From a virus (taxonomy: Duplodnaviria; Heunggongvirae; Uroviricota; Caudoviricetes), in the IMG/VR virus record IMGVR_UViG_2822641076_000001, positions 1-57,829 of that record: a DNA stretch of 57,829 bases. One strand, 5' to 3'. The notes beneath the pieces were generated by a model. The model made no database searches. It had not been told where the DNA came from and saw only the letters and a list, made by a program, of their open reading frames with translations. Of this stretch, positions 1 through 10,662 are shown piece by piece. The translations under genes were made by a program, and so were the position numbers. Every line of letters begins with the position of its first letter. The first letter of the stretch is position 1.

Positions 1-3000
1 GGGGGAGGAGGCGGTGGTTGTGGTTTCGTTGTTACTGGTGGTTTTGTCTCAATCGGTTTTGGTTTCTCGATGTTGCTTCCACTAATACCATTGCCATTGC
101 CTTCATATGGATTATGAATTTTAGCATTATTAAGCTGATTTACTTTATCAATCGCTTTGTCGATAGTGAAAATTAGATTCTCAGAAATCGACTTACTAAA
201 TTCCTCCAAATTGTTTCTTGCTTCCTCAGAGAACTCACCGATTTTAATCGAGATATCTCCGAATTTCCCTTCCATAACTTCGTTCATTGTATCGTTCATT
301 TTTTCTAATTCTTTACGAATTGTTTCAAAATTCCCTTTGATGAACTCGTCACGAAGGTCAGCCCAGTACTTTTCGTTATCTAGAATTTTGTTATAGTGTT
401 TCTCAATCTCTTCTGCTTCCAAATCAAGTTTTTCAATCTTGTCATTGTAAGCGTCATCTTCTTGTTGTTTTCTGTCTTCTAGAGCTTGGATTTCCGCATC
501 TCTTTGGTCTTCCAATGCTTTCTGTGCTAATTCTCTCTCACGCTCTCGTACCATGTTGTTAATTTCTGTTTCTTTTTCAGCCAATTCTCGTAGTAATTGT
601 TCTTTTTTCTTTCTAGCATCTAATGAATCGTCGAGAGACAGTAGAGAAATATGTTTTAACATTTCTGAACGTTCTTTTTGTAATGCACCAAGACTAGAGT
701 TGAAGTCTTCCTCTTCTTTATCTCCTGTCATTAGTTTCAATTTGTCATCGTATAATTTTGTTATTTTAGCGATTTCTTCATCGTAGTTTTTCAATTTTTG
801 ATTATGAGCTTTTTCAAGAGCTTTCTTCTCTTCTTCAATTGCTTTAAAGGCAATCTCTTTAGCTTTCTCATAATACTTACGCATCTCTTCAATTGCTTGG
901 TCAGCTACGCTTGCACGAATATCCTTAATCTCTTTTTGAGTTTGAAGGATACTGATTGTAACATCACGCCAAGCTTTTTCATTTGTCATGATTTGCTCGT
1001 TTAGCTTTTCAACAATTTCCGCATTGCCTTCGTTTAATTTTAGTTGTTTTTGTAACTCATCGTTTAGATTTTCGTAATGTCCTTTAATTGTTTCTAACCA
1101 GTTCATCTTGTCAACATTTAAGTTAACAATCTCACCGATTTTGTCTTCATCTGTTAAATTGATAATCTCTTTTTGGAAATCTAGTTTCCCTGTTTTGTAG
1201 TGTTCGATTTTCTTAACAACTTCTTCATACTTATTGATAATCTCATCTAAGTAATTCGTAATTGATTCGTTCATCTTTTCACTTACAGAGTTCTTTAGAT
1301 TCTCAATTTCAACTCTCAACGATTGAATTTGTTTGATGTTTCCGTCTAAATCTTGAGCTAATTTGTTATATCTTTCACGTTGTTGTTCTGTATGAGAACT
1401 AATATTTTGAAGTGTAGATAATTCATATTGAAGTTGACTATTTTTATTGATAAGTGTTTGTAATTGTTTCTCTGATTCTTTGCGTTTCTTCTCTTCGATT
1501 CCTGCAATTTGAATTAAAAGCGTTCTGTATTCAGCCGATAATTCTTTAACACGATTCATATGGGCTTCAAGAATACCTGCTTGAGTAGATAAATCACCCA
1601 TTAATCTATCGAATAAATCAGGCTGAAATGCCTCTTGCATAGATTCGCTAGTTCGACTGTAAGCTAACATTGGAGGTGTTTCATATTCACCATAGAGCGT
1701 TTGTGAATCTTTCCAGTCATCATATGAATGGTCAACATCGAAGCTTGAACGTACTGATACTGGTTGCACTGCTGAGACAGACATTGGAGCCATTGGAGGC
1801 ATTGCATAGAACTTAGGCATTATCTCCATACCACTTAGGCTCGTTGGAGCTGAGGCGAATGAATAGTATACAGGGGAATCCACACTAGCCATTCTAGGAG
1901 CAGGAGCAGATTGCATTTCATTCTTCTTACCTGTCCAGTCTTTCCACTTCTCTACAGCACTGTTATAGATACCTTTGAAGACTCCTGAGAAAGTTTCCCA
2001 TGCTCTCTGAGCCATAGATGCACCCTCTTGACCTTCTTGACCAGCTTTCTTCATTGCTTCTCCTGCGTTTTTCGCACCATCTTGAACACCTTTACTTCCA
2101 GTCTCGGCATCCTTTTTCATGTTATCCATAACTTCTTTTGTTTTGTCACCAAGTTCTTTTTCACTCTCTTGGTTCTTCTTGTTGGCGTCAACTCGTTGCT
2201 TTACACCTTCACCATGTTTTTGTGTATATTCACTACTTTTAATAACCATACCGTTTGATGTAATCGTTACTGTATCAAGCATTTCTTTATCTTTGTCGAT
2301 ATTCGCTTGAACTTGGTCTGCTTGTAACTTACCATCTACAATACAATCACCGTATGCATCTCCTAAGATGTTAATTGCATCTTCAAGTGCCTCTGTTTCC
2401 GATTTATCTAGCTGTTTACCCGAAACAAGTTTTGCGTTTGCATCTTCAAATGTTGCTAATGCATCACGCCTCTTACCAATTTCCTCATCAGTTTTTCTGA
2501 TATAAGCATCTTGTTGAAGGACTTCTTCCCTTGAAGCATTGTTTTTATTGAAAATCGCTTCAATTTCTCTCATTCTTGCTTTTTCACTCTCGGATAAATC
2601 AGCAATATTCTTTTCATATAAACCTGCGTATTCTTTTTGCAAACCTTGTTCTTCTCTAATTGCATCCATGTTCAATTCAACTGCGCCAGTCTGCTCATTG
2701 TAACCTGTTACAAGGTCAGGGAATTGTTTTGCTAACTCTTCACGTACTTGTTTATATTGTCTTTCTTGTTTTTCATTTCGTGAAGTCATTTGTCCTAATC
2801 TATCAGAAGAGGCAATTAATTCTTCGGTTGATTTTACTTGGTCTGCACTCATACCAGTGATAGATTCTAGTGTACCTGCTAAATCTGAACTCTTTTTATC
2901 AACATCCTCAATACTATCCGCTAGAGCTTTGTTGTCTCCTGCTCCGATTTTAGCTTCTTTAGCTTCTTTAGCAACTGCATCAGCCAAGTTCTGAACCATA

Positions 3001-6000
3001 GCTTTTGCTTTATTAGAACTGATACCTTGCCCTTCTAGTTGTTTTGTTAATTCTTTTGCTTTGTCACTATTCATGCTGAATTTTTTACCACTGTCTACTA
3101 ATCCACCAACATAGTCTTTCAATTCTCTTTGAACACCTCTCGTAGCCTCGGCTTGTTTATCAAAGCCTTTTGAAGCTGTTTGAGATGCGGAGAATGAATT
3201 TCTTAAAACAGGTGGAAGCTTTGTTAAAGCTTGTCCATACGAAGTTGCTTCTTTAGTGACTTTCTCTGTATGTTTCTCTAAATCAAATCCTTTTTTACTC
3301 CAATCAGCAGATGCGTTTTTGGCTTGAATCATTTTTTGAATTAGCTTTTCGTCTTCTGCTGTTAAATCACGAATTGAGTTTGTTTGGTCTTTGTTTTTCT
3401 TTTTAGCTCTATCTCTTTCATTTGTTAGTTTAACTTGTTCTTTTGCTACACCTAAGATAGCTGTACCGCTTTGTTTAAATGCTTCTTTAACTTTTTTCTC
3501 AGATTCGTACAATTTCATGTTAGCTTCGGCAATCTCTAGAGTGTCTTTTTTAACTGTAGCTCCCATTCCCGAACCAATTACTTTTCCTTCTTTTTTGTAA
3601 TCATAATCTTTCTTTTTCTTATTGTAGTCATCTAAGACATCTGAAAGTTTTTCGTTTGATTTCTTTTGCTTTTGTTGCGCTCTTTCTAGAGAGATTTTCT
3701 TTTCTTCTTTGGCAAGGGCTTTTGCAAGTTCTAACTCTTCCTTAACAGCTTCAACACTTTTCAGTCGAGCATTACCCTGTGCATCAATTTCTTTTGTAGC
3801 AGTAGGTAATAATTTGTTGATTTTATTTTGAACTTCTTCTAATTTTTTTGCATCTTTTGGACTCAAAGCTTCTTTTCGACTTCTAGAAAGTAAATCATAA
3901 TCTTCTACAAGGTCTTCTAATTCAGAACCATGATTTCCAATTGCATCACTTGCTTCTTCTACACGTTTGTTGAACTCTTCTTGTTCTTTTTTCATTTTAG
4001 CGAAGTAGTTTATTGTTTTCTCAATAGCGACTCCCAACGCCATAAAAGCAATAGTCGGAAGAATTGCTGTACTCATAAAGCCTACTAGCCCCATGAATCC
4101 TGCTTTCATTAATCCAATACCTTTTGTTGCGATATTCGTTGCCATTGCTACACCGTTGATTTTAGCTGTAGTTGTAGCTAAAGCCATGTTAGCCATGTTC
4201 ATCTTTGCAACATCTAGCATTCCTGCTTTACCGTTCTCTACTTTTGCTTGTTTTACTTTTTGAATCGCATCATGATATTTCATCATCTGCTGTGCGCTTT
4301 GTTCGTAGTATCTATCAAGCTTTTTAGTTGCCTGTGCATTGATTGCTTGTCCTAATTTTGTTTGAGCATCCGCAAGTTGAACAGTTGCCTGTCTTGCTCT
4401 TCCTTGAGTAGCTTCAAGACGTTCCATTCTTGTAGTTGCCTGCTCAATTGCTCTATAGTTGAACCCTGTGAATTTATTATCAAGCTTTGGAATACCATGA
4501 ATAGCTTTTGCCATTCTTCCAAACATACCAACAGCCTTTTCCCCACGTTGAACCAATTGTGAAGTAGCTTGGTCTCCATAGTTAGCTTTCATTTTGTATG
4601 CTACTAAACCTGCACCAACAAGACCTAGTACAGTACCTAATACACCGAAGTTCTGAGCAAGAGCTGATACACCTTTCATCAGACCTTGTGTCAAGTCTAA
4701 AGCCAACATGAATCCACCATTTAAGAATGCATCACCGAATGCTAATGCCATCTCAGATAATGAGTTCTTTAGTCGGTTAATTCGTGCTTCTAAAGATTTT
4801 TGATACTCAGCATTCTCACGCATTGCTGAACCTTGAGAGTTTAATGAGTCATTTGTCGCTTTAACAGCTAAATCCCAGTTATTCATTAAGGCTAAGAAAC
4901 GAGTTAAATGGTTACGTCCTGCTACTTTAACGGCAATATTTTGTCGTTCCATATCAGTCATGTATTTCCATTTACCTGCTAAATCACTAAATACATTCTC
5001 TACTTTACGTGCATCTCCACCTGCTGTACGAATAGAAACACCTACACCTTTCAGTGCTGTCTCTACATCGGGAAGTGTTGTTACACGAGAGTAAATTGTT
5101 TTTAAGGAGTTACCAATTTGTTTACCTGATTCCATCGTTGTCGCACCAATCGCTGTTACGTGTCCAAGTAAACTATCAATATCTACTCCAAACGTCTTAG
5201 CTGTTGCTGACGCTTTCATCATTGCCTCTGATAATTGTTGAGTCGAAATCGAGTTATTGTTATCGACTTCGTTCATTTTATCTACTAGGTCAATAGATTT
5301 TTCTACTTCGAAGTTGTAACCGTTCAGCGTTGCGATTAATGATTTCATCGCATCATCTGCTTTTAAGTCAGATACGTTCGAAGCTATCGTCGCTGTACGA
5401 GCTAATGAAATTTGTTGCTGTTCAGATAATTGGTCATAAGAACGACTAATCTCTGAGATTGTGTTTAATACATCTTTCGCACTGTTACCAAGCTCAGATG
5501 CCATCTTAATACCACCCTCGAACAGAGCGTTAGTATCTACGTCGTCACTAGCAACACGACGTAAGTCTGTCATGGCTTTATCTAATTCTACGATTTCTTT
5601 CGTTAAAGTTTTGATACCTTGAACAGAACCATAGAATAATGTTGTACTAGCAAACCAAACTGGCACACGTTCTAAAGCGATTTTTAACTGCTCTAAAACA
5701 CCTAAGTTTTTGTTTGCATTGTTTCTAAGTTCGCTACCCATACGAGTAAGCTCTCTAGATGCATGGTTTAATACATAAGCAAACTCTTGAACACTCTTTT
5801 TACCATCGTCGATACGAACTTTAAACTTAGACATTTGCTGTCCATCTCGACCGATTTCGTTGCTCATACTAACAATATTAGCTTTAGCTCCGTGCATTGT
5901 TCTTGATAGATTTTGAACGTCTCTCTCGAAGGATTGAACGTTATTTTTAAAACTACCAAAATTAATCTTATCTCCAACGTTGATTGTTTCTCCTGCTTTT

Positions 6001-7556
6001 AACGATTTAACAGCACTATTAACCTTCTGTTCTAGTCGTCCCAGTTCACTTTCTAATCGTTTAAGATTCTCAACACTTCTATCTGTCTTCATTGAGTTCG
6101 AGATAGAATGAGACATACGAGTAAATTCTTGGTCTACATTTTTCAACTTAGGAGCTAGCGCCTCTAAACGTCTACTTAATGTTTCGAATTTATTCGTTTG
6201 CCCAATAGAAGTATTCACTGTTTGTAGTGATTTACTTACTTTTAGTAATTCTCTATCTAACTTATCAAGCTCTTGAACTTGCTTAGAAGTTGTAATACCT
6301 TGTAATCTAGATAGATGTTGCAAGTACTTATCTGTGCTGTAGCTCTCAGTAGAGGCTTTAGCTCTCAATTGTTGAACTTGTTGCTCTAACTGAATCTTAC
6401 GACGTAAGAACGCTTCTTCTTTCTTTTGCTCAGCAATAGAAGCAGTGCGCTGTCTATTAAGTTCACGTTGCAATTCAATTTCTCTTTGAATCTCTTGGTT
6501 GATTCGTGTTAAGGATTTTAGCTTTTTATCATTGTTATCTAATCCACCGATTGATTGTAATCTCTTAGTGAACTCTAATTCTTTCTCACGAGATAGTGTA
6601 CCTTTCTCTTGAGCGATGTTAAGCTTTTGCTGTAGTCCAAGCATCTTATTTTGAACAGCATACATTTGGTCAAGCTTTTGACGACTCTCTTGATATAATG
6701 CTTGCTTATTCTTTAGTGTTTGTAGAGTATCCTTATCTAGTTTTCCTAGTTGCTGTAATCTCTCTACTTCTTTAATAAGACCTGTATCACCACTTGCTCT
6801 TAATTGACGTTTAAATTCAATTACAGACTGTTCTAGTCTCTTTAGAGCTTTCTCAGACTTATCTACATCCTTATCATTGATTAATGACACTGTATGACGT
6901 AGTTGGTCTTCACCTTTTAATTTCTTGTAGAAGCTATCAACTGCGAACGTTAATTTCTTCATTGTTCCGTCAGCTTTTTCACCTGCTACAGTAATTCTTT
7001 TTAGATTTCCTTCTGCATCTTTATCGAATGTATATCCAACTTTTGCATTTTTAAAGAAATCACGGTCAACCATACGACTAAGGTTTTGAGCCTTTTTCTT
7101 CCACTGGTCTTCACCGAAATCTGCATCTTTGAATGTTCTGCTCAGAGAACTTTTAACAGACTTATTTACCTCTTCACCGATTGTCTTACCTGCATTCTTC
7201 CCAACTTTTTCAGCCTGTGCTTTGTCTGATTCAACTTTGACTTTTACAGATTTATTAGCGATTGAATCAGAAAGTCTTTTGAAAGAGTCTTGGTCTAGCT
7301 TTGTTTTTACTGCTAATGTAACGTGCTTCTTCTCAATACTGCTTTTGAATGTATTCCAAGATTCACCATCAAGCTTTAACTTCGCTTTAATGGAGACCAT
7401 TTTCTTCTCTAAGCTACTCTTAAAATTCTTCCATGCTTCGTTATCTAACTTCAACTTAGAAATCTCAGCATTTAGCCCCTTATGACCATTAAGCTTGCTC
7501 TGTAAGTCTTTAGTGTCCAAGGTAGCTTTAACCTTAATATTTAAATCTCCTGCCAT
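1..7556 (-). CDS. Tail tape measure protein (SPbeta YomI-like), C-terminus runs off the window
   Basis: ATG at 7556 after RBS AAAGGAG (MAGDLNIKVKATLDTKDL...). Read as open to position 1 (>2500 aa), so it is absent from the ORF track. Coiled-coil rich, with a TP901-type TMP core around 4700-5700 (EIVELDKAMTDLRRV...NNNSISTQQLSEAM...IGNSLKTIYSR). Lies downstream of the tail genes. Confidence 0.92.
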   Translation of the reverse strand, partial: MAGDLNIKVKATLDTKDLQSKLNGHKGLNAEISKLKLDNEAWKNFKSSLEKKMVSIKAKLKLDGESWNTFKSSIEKKHVTLAVKTKLDQDSFKRLSDSIANKSVKVKVESDKAQAEKVGKNAGKTIGEEVNKSVKSSLSRTFKDADFGEDQWKKKAQNLSRMVDRDFFKNAKVGYTFDKDAEGNLKRITVAGEKADGTMKKLTFAVDSFYKKLKGEDQLRHTVSLINDKDVDKSEKALKRLEQSVIEFKRQLRASGDTGLIKEVERLQQLGKLDKDTLQTLKNKQALYQESRQKLDQMYAVQNKMLGLQQKLNIAQEKGTLSREKELEFTKRLQSIGGLDNNDKKLKSLTRINQEIQREIELQRELNRQRTASIAEQKKEEAFLRRKIQLEQQVQQLRAKASTESYSTDKYLQHLSRLQGITTSKQVQELDKLDRELLKVSKSLQTVNTSIGQTNKFETLSRRLEALAPKLKNVDQEFTRMSHSISNSMKTDRSVENLKRLESELGRLEQKVNSAVKSLKAGETINVGDKINFGSFKNNVQSFERDVQNLSRTMHGAKANIVSMSNEIGRDGQQMSKFKVRIDDGKKSVQEFAYVLNHASRELTRMGSELRNNANKNLGVLEQLKIALERVPVWFASTTLFYGSVQGIKTLTKEIVELDKAMTDLRRVASDDVDTNALFEGGIKMASELGNSAKDVLNTISEISRSYDQLSEQQQISLARTATIASNVSDLKADDAMKSLIATLNGYNFEVEKSIDLVDKMNEVDNNNSISTQQLSEAMMKASATAKTFGVDIDSLLGHVTAIGATTMESGKQIGNSLKTIYSRVTTLPDVETALKGVGVSIRTAGGDARKVENVFSDLAGKWKYMTDMERQNIAVKVAGRNHLTRFLALMNNWDLAVKATNDSLNSQGSAMRENAEYQKSLEARINRLKNSLSEMALAFGDAFLNGGFMLALDLTQGLMKGVSALAQNFGVLGTVLGLVGAGLVAYKMKANYGDQATSQLVQRGEKAVGMFGRMAKAIHGIPKLDNKFTGFNYRAIEQATTRMERLEATQGRARQATVQLADAQTKLGQAINAQATKKLDRYYEQSAQQMMKYHDAIQKVKQAKVENGKAGMLDVAKMNMANMALATTTAKINGVAMATNIATKGIGLMKAGFMGLVGFMSTAILPTIAFMALGVAIEKTINYFAKMKKEQEEFNKRVEEASDAIGNHGSELEDLVEDYDLLSRSRKEALSPKDAKKLEEVQNKINKLLPTATKEIDAQGNARLKSVEAVKEELELAKALAKEEKKISLERAQQKQKKSNEKLSDVLDDYNKKKKDYDYKKEGKVIGSGMGATVKKDTLEIAEANMKLYESEKKVKEAFKQSGTAILGVAKEQVKLTNERDRAKKKNKDQTNSIRDLTAEDEKLIQKMIQAKNASADWSKKGFDLEKHTEKVTKEATSYGQALTKLPPVLRNSFSASQTASKGFDKQAEATRGVQRELKDYVGGLVDSGKKFSMNSDKAKELTKQLEGQGISSNKAKAMVQNLADAVAKEAKEAKIGAGDNKALADSIEDVDKKSSDLAGTLESITGMSADQVKSTEELIASSDRLGQMTSRNEKQERQYKQVREELAKQFPDLVTGYNEQTGAVELNMDAIREEQGLQKEYAGLYEKNIADLSESEKARMREIEAIFNKNNASREEVLQQDAYIRKTDEEIGKRRDALATFEDANAKLVSGKQLDKSETEALEDAINILGDAYGDCIVDGKLQADQVQANIDKDKEMLDTVTITSNGMVIKSSEYTQKHGEGVKQRVDANKKNQESEKELGDKTKEVMDNMKKDAETGSKGVQDGAKNAGEAMKKAGQEGQEGASMAQRAWETFSGVFKGIYNSAVEKWKDWTGKKNEMQSAPAPRMASVDSPVYYSFASAPTSLSGMEIMPKFYAMPPMAPMSVSAVQPVSVRSSFDVDHSYDDWKDSQTLYGEYETPPMLAYSRTSESMQEAFQPDLFDRLMGDLSTQAGILEAHMNRVKELSAEYRTLLIQIAGIEEKKRKESEKQLQTLINKNSQLQYELSTLQNISSHTEQQRERYNKLAQDLDGNIKQIQSLRVEIENLKNSVSEKMNESITNYLDEIINKYEEVVKKIEHYKTGKLDFQKEIINLTDEDKIGEIVNLNVDKMNWLETIKGHYENLNDELQKQLKLNEGNAEIVEKLNEQIMTNEKAWRDVTISILQTQKEIKDIRASVADQAIEEMRKYYEKAKEIAFKAIEEEKKALEKAHNQKLKNYDEEIAKITKLYDDKLKLMTGDKEEEDFNSSLGALQKERSEMLKHISLLSLDDSLDARKKKEQLLRELAEKETEINNMVRERERELAQKALEDQRDAEIQALEDRKQQEDDAYNDKIEKLDLEAEEIEKHYNKILDNEKYWADLRDEFIKGNFETIRKELEKMNDTMNEVMEGKFGDISIKIGEFSEEARNNLEEFSKSISENLIFTIDKAIDKVNQLNNAKIHNPYEGNGNGISGSNIEKPKPIETKPPVTTKPQPPPPP

Positions 7557-7638
7557 TCTTTCTCACGCTCCTTTGTAGTAGATTGCAGGTTTAAAAAATT
7601 TGCAAATTCTTTAACTGTCCTAATTAGTTTTTGGCAAT

Positions 7639-7663
7639 AAAAAAGCACTTTGTACAAAGTGTC
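7639..7663 (-). terminator. Intrinsic terminator after the recombinase, upstream of the tape measure gene
   Basis: Minus strand GACACTTT-GTAC-AAAGTGC followed by TTTTTT. Confidence 0.6.
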
Positions 7664-7701
7664 TTAAAACGGTAATATATGCATATATTGATTGTTATTC
7701 C

Positions 7702-8676
7702 TTAGAAAATATCGTCTAAATCTTCGCTGTCGTCACGTACAACATAGATTTCTGTCGTCTCACTACTAGCGTGACCTAATAGCTTCTGAGCCGATTTAAT
7801 ATCTTTTCCATCTACTGCAACGATATGTGTTGCTCGTGTAGAACGGATTAAATGGGGATGAACACGAACTCCTAAAATATCTGAGAACAATGCGCTACAC
7901 CAGTGATTGAACATGTTAGCTGAAATTTGTCTGTAGCCTTCTTTGCTACGTGCTACGAATAAGTAAGGACAATCATCTTCTCCTCTTAATTCAAGCCAAC
8001 GTTTCATAGCTGTCATAGCTCGTTCATCGAATGTGAATTTACGAACTTTACCTTCTTTCCCTCTACCTTTCGCACGAATAGAATGCGTAATGTAGAACGG
8101 TTTATCATTTCCTTCTTTGTCTTTTGCTTTCGAATAATCAACTACTTCTTTTAGTAATTGACGACTCTCCTCTCTTCGACAACCTGTCGCATATGTATAA
8201 AGTAAATACGCAACTTCTTGATATCTTTCACGCTTCTCTAATTCTTTAACTAGAGTTTCAAACTGTTCTTTTGTTAATGGGACTTTCTCATGTTTCTTTA
8301 CATTTGGTGGGTTGGGAATGTTTTTGTTGTAGATATTGCGGAATGTTTCATATTCATCAAGGTAGTAGATTTCTAGATATCCACATAGACTCGATACAGC
8401 AGAACGTTTGAATTTAATTGCAGAAGATGATAATCCTTCTTGAATTAAGTAGTTCTGATATCTAAGTGCATCCCTTGGTTTCAATTTGTGTAGTGGTTTG
8501 TTCATACAATTGTTTTTCACCCACATGAAGAATTGCATCAATGCAGAGCGATATTGTTTTAATGTTTGCGGAGATAAATGACCTTGAGTCAAGAACTCCT
8601 CTGTAAGTTGTCTATTAAATGGGTCGATTTCATTCTCCCATACGTCTTTGGTTACTTCGGGCAATCTTTTAGCCAC
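7702..8676 (-). CDS. Tyrosine recombinase (XerC/D family) in the tail module, SPbeta YomM-like position
   Basis: N-terminal SAM-like domain plus a full catalytic set: TGCR, KGRGK, HPHLIR (HxxR), LLGH, TEIY. Confidence 0.9.
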   Translation of the reverse strand: MAKRLPEVTKDVWENEIDPFNRQLTEEFLTQGHLSPQTLKQYRSALMQFFMWVKNNCMNKPLHKLKPRDALRYQNYLIQEGLSSSAIKFKRSAVSSLCGYLEIYYLDEYETFRNIYNKNIPNPPNVKKHEKVPLTKEQFETLVKELEKRERYQEVAYLLYTYATGCRREESRQLLKEVVDYSKAKDKEGNDKPFYITHSIRAKGRGKEGKVRKFTFDERAMTAMKRWLELRGEDDCPYLFVARSKEGYRQISANMFNHWCSALFSDILGVRVHPHLIRSTRATHIVAVDGKDIKSAQKLLGHASSETTEIYVVRDDSEDLDDIF

Positions 8677-8689
8677 GAGTACTCACCTC

Positions 8690-9166
8690 CTAAGTTACTG
8701 TGATTCCTTTATTTCTTAATCCTTTTTTGAGAGCATCAACATGTCGTTTTGATGTCTGTAATTTAATAGCAGTTGGCATTGTAAATTTCCTTGCTACTGG
8801 GTCTCCCATGTGTTCTTTTCTGTAATACTCAGAAGTTGTCCATGTGTAACCTTTACCTGTTTCAACTATGTTTGCTACATTCTTAAATGACATCGTACTT
8901 GCTCTTGTATCGTTCTTTAGGTTAATTGCGACCGAATTAGAGCCTCTTGATACTTTGTACGGCATGTTCTTGTAATCTAATAAACCGCCTTGTTCTTTAC
9001 GTCTCGTATAACGTGAACTAGGCGGAAAACTATATACATGAGCTACAATGCTCTCTCGCATGGTATCTCGCACTTCTTTAACTACTTGAGATTCCATTGT
9101 TTTTTGTAGCTCACCCATAAGATACTTTTCCAATTCAGCGATACTGTTGAAATCCATAATTATCAC
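8690..9166 (-). CDS. Putative tail completion protein (HK97 gp10-like)
   Basis: 158-aa ORF in the tail module, C-terminal ARKFTMPTA..L motif. Function inferred from position. Confidence 0.5.
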   Translation of the reverse strand: MIIMDFNSIAELEKYLMGELQKTMESQVVKEVRDTMRESIVAHVYSFPPSSRYTRRKEQGGLLDYKNMPYKVSRGSNSVAINLKNDTRASTMSFKNVANIVETGKGYTWTTSEYYRKEHMGDPVARKFTMPTAIKLQTSKRHVDALKKGLRNKGITVT

Positions 9167-9735
9167 TCAGCTTTTTTTGGTGTAACTAGCTTTCGAACTT
9201 CTTCATTTTTGATATCCATTTCATCTAGCTCATTATCAAGAGCATCTAGATTTTTCTTCATTTCATCTAAAGTTTTATCAAGTGTTTGATAGAATTTCTC
9301 CAATTCACCTTGAGGTAGATTGTCCATGATTTCACCAACAAGCTCTAAATCTAATAGGACTTTTAAAGTATCAATCTTGCCATCAATGTCGTCAGGAACA
9401 TTTAGAGATGTGAATTTCTTGATGATGATTACAAGCATGTATGTCGCCAATACTTCATCAATAGATTTACCTGCTTTGAAAGCTTTGTCTCTGTCAGAAA
9501 GAAACTCAAATACAGCCTCGGAAATAGCACTAGCTTTGAAATGCTTATTCACTTTTAATGAGTACTCGCCAACAGTTACGTCAATCATCTCGTCAAGATG
9601 TTTTACATCTTTTTTGATGTTCGTAATATTTAAGGCTTTTGGTTTAGTAGCCTTAGGCTTAGTCTCTACTGGTTTAGTAGCCTTAGCTCCCTTAGTAGTT
9701 TTAGTGATTTCTTTTTTAATAGTCTCTTTTGTCAT
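9163..9735 (-). CDS. Putative tail assembly chaperone
   Basis: Start moved to MTKETIK after AAGGAG. Acidic helical protein directly after the tail tube gene, with N-terminal KATKP repeats. Confidence 0.55.
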   Translation of the reverse strand: MTKETIKKEITKTTKGAKATKPVETKPKATKPKALNITNIKKDVKHLDEMIDVTVGEYSLKVNKHFKASAISEAVFEFLSDRDKAFKAGKSIDEVLATYMLVIIIKKFTSLNVPDDIDGKIDTLKVLLDLELVGEIMDNLPQGELEKFYQTLDKTLDEMKKNLDALDNELDEMDIKNEEVRKLVTPKKAE

Positions 9736-9813
9736 AAAAATTAACTCCTTTTCTCTCATTCATTTAGTACTCTTGTAGAGTAAAATGTGACTTTTATTCA
9801 ATTTGAGGGTATG

Positions 9814-9849
9814 AAGAAAATGAGAGATAGAACTATCCTACCTCTCACT
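9814..9849 (-). terminator. Intrinsic terminator after the tail tube gene
   Basis: Minus strand TGAGAGGTAGGATAGTTCTATCTCTCA hairpin followed by TTTTCTT. Confidence 0.6.
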
Positions 9850-9881
9850 AAATTCATTATTTATTACACTTGTAGTGCGAC

Positions 9882-10631
9882 TTAGTACTTGATGTACTCT
9901 ACCATGTCACCGTTTTCGTTAGGGAATACCTCTAAGTCAAGGTTGAACACAGATGGTTCACCGTCAGCTTTGAACTCTAAGTTGATATCAGATTTCATTT
10001 TAGCTTTGTGGATTACGATTTGGAACGCTTCATCTTGTCCAGTGTCAGCGTTACGTAATACAGTGTCACCAACAACTTTGTAGTAACCTGCGAACTTGTT
10101 AGCACTTACTACGATTTTCTCAGCACCAGTAGCTTTTGCGAACTGATAGAACACACGAGCTTTAACTGTTGAAGCAGGAGCTTGTACACCTTCTCCTTTT
10201 TGAGCAGGCGCTTTAAGAGCAATCTCTTTACCTGTTACAGTAAGTTCAAGTTGATTACCTTCTTCATCTAACGCAACTACTGTGTCAGCAATTGGCGTTT
10301 CGGCTAGAGAAGCTTTTGTAGTTCCTAACACCATTGTCTCTGTTTTGAAGATGTTTGTAGCACCAGTAACAACGCCAGTACCGTTAAGCATAGCTAATGT
10401 TTTCATTGATACTAAAGCATCTTGCATTTTCATATTTGCTTCCTTACTGTGAGACCAAGTTAACAGCTTTGAGTTACCTTTTCCACCTTTTGCAGAAGAT
10501 TCCCCTGCTTTCGTCTCAACGCCACTTGTTTTAAGTGTGTCTAGGAAAATTTCTGGTTTTCCTGCATTTGCTCCACCGATTGCGAAGAATGTAACGTCAC
10601 ATACTTCTTTAGCACCGTATTTGTTTAACAT
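9882..10631 (-). CDS. Major tail (tube) protein
   Basis: Strong RBS (AGGAGG). N-terminal YGAKEVCDVTF...FLDTLKTS and C-terminal F.ADGEPSVF..L motifs resemble SPbeta-like tail tube proteins. Confidence 0.75.
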   Translation of the reverse strand: MLNKYGAKEVCDVTFFAIGGANAGKPEIFLDTLKTSGVETKAGESSAKGGKGNSKLLTWSHSKEANMKMQDALVSMKTLAMLNGTGVVTGATNIFKTETMVLGTTKASLAETPIADTVVALDEEGNQLELTVTGKEIALKAPAQKGEGVQAPASTVKARVFYQFAKATGAEKIVVSANKFAGYYKVVGDTVLRNADTGQDEAFQIVIHKAKMKSDINLEFKADGEPSVFNLDLEVFPNENGDMVEYIKY

Positions 10632-10662
10632 AAATTATTTCCTCCTAAAATTTCATTATTTA

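Noticed and set aside
9163-9180. A-AAA-AAA slippery heptamer at the end of the putative tail chaperone (G/GT-type -1 frameshift)
   Set aside because: The -1 frame reads AGC TGA and stops one codon before the next ORF's GTG, so no fusion results.
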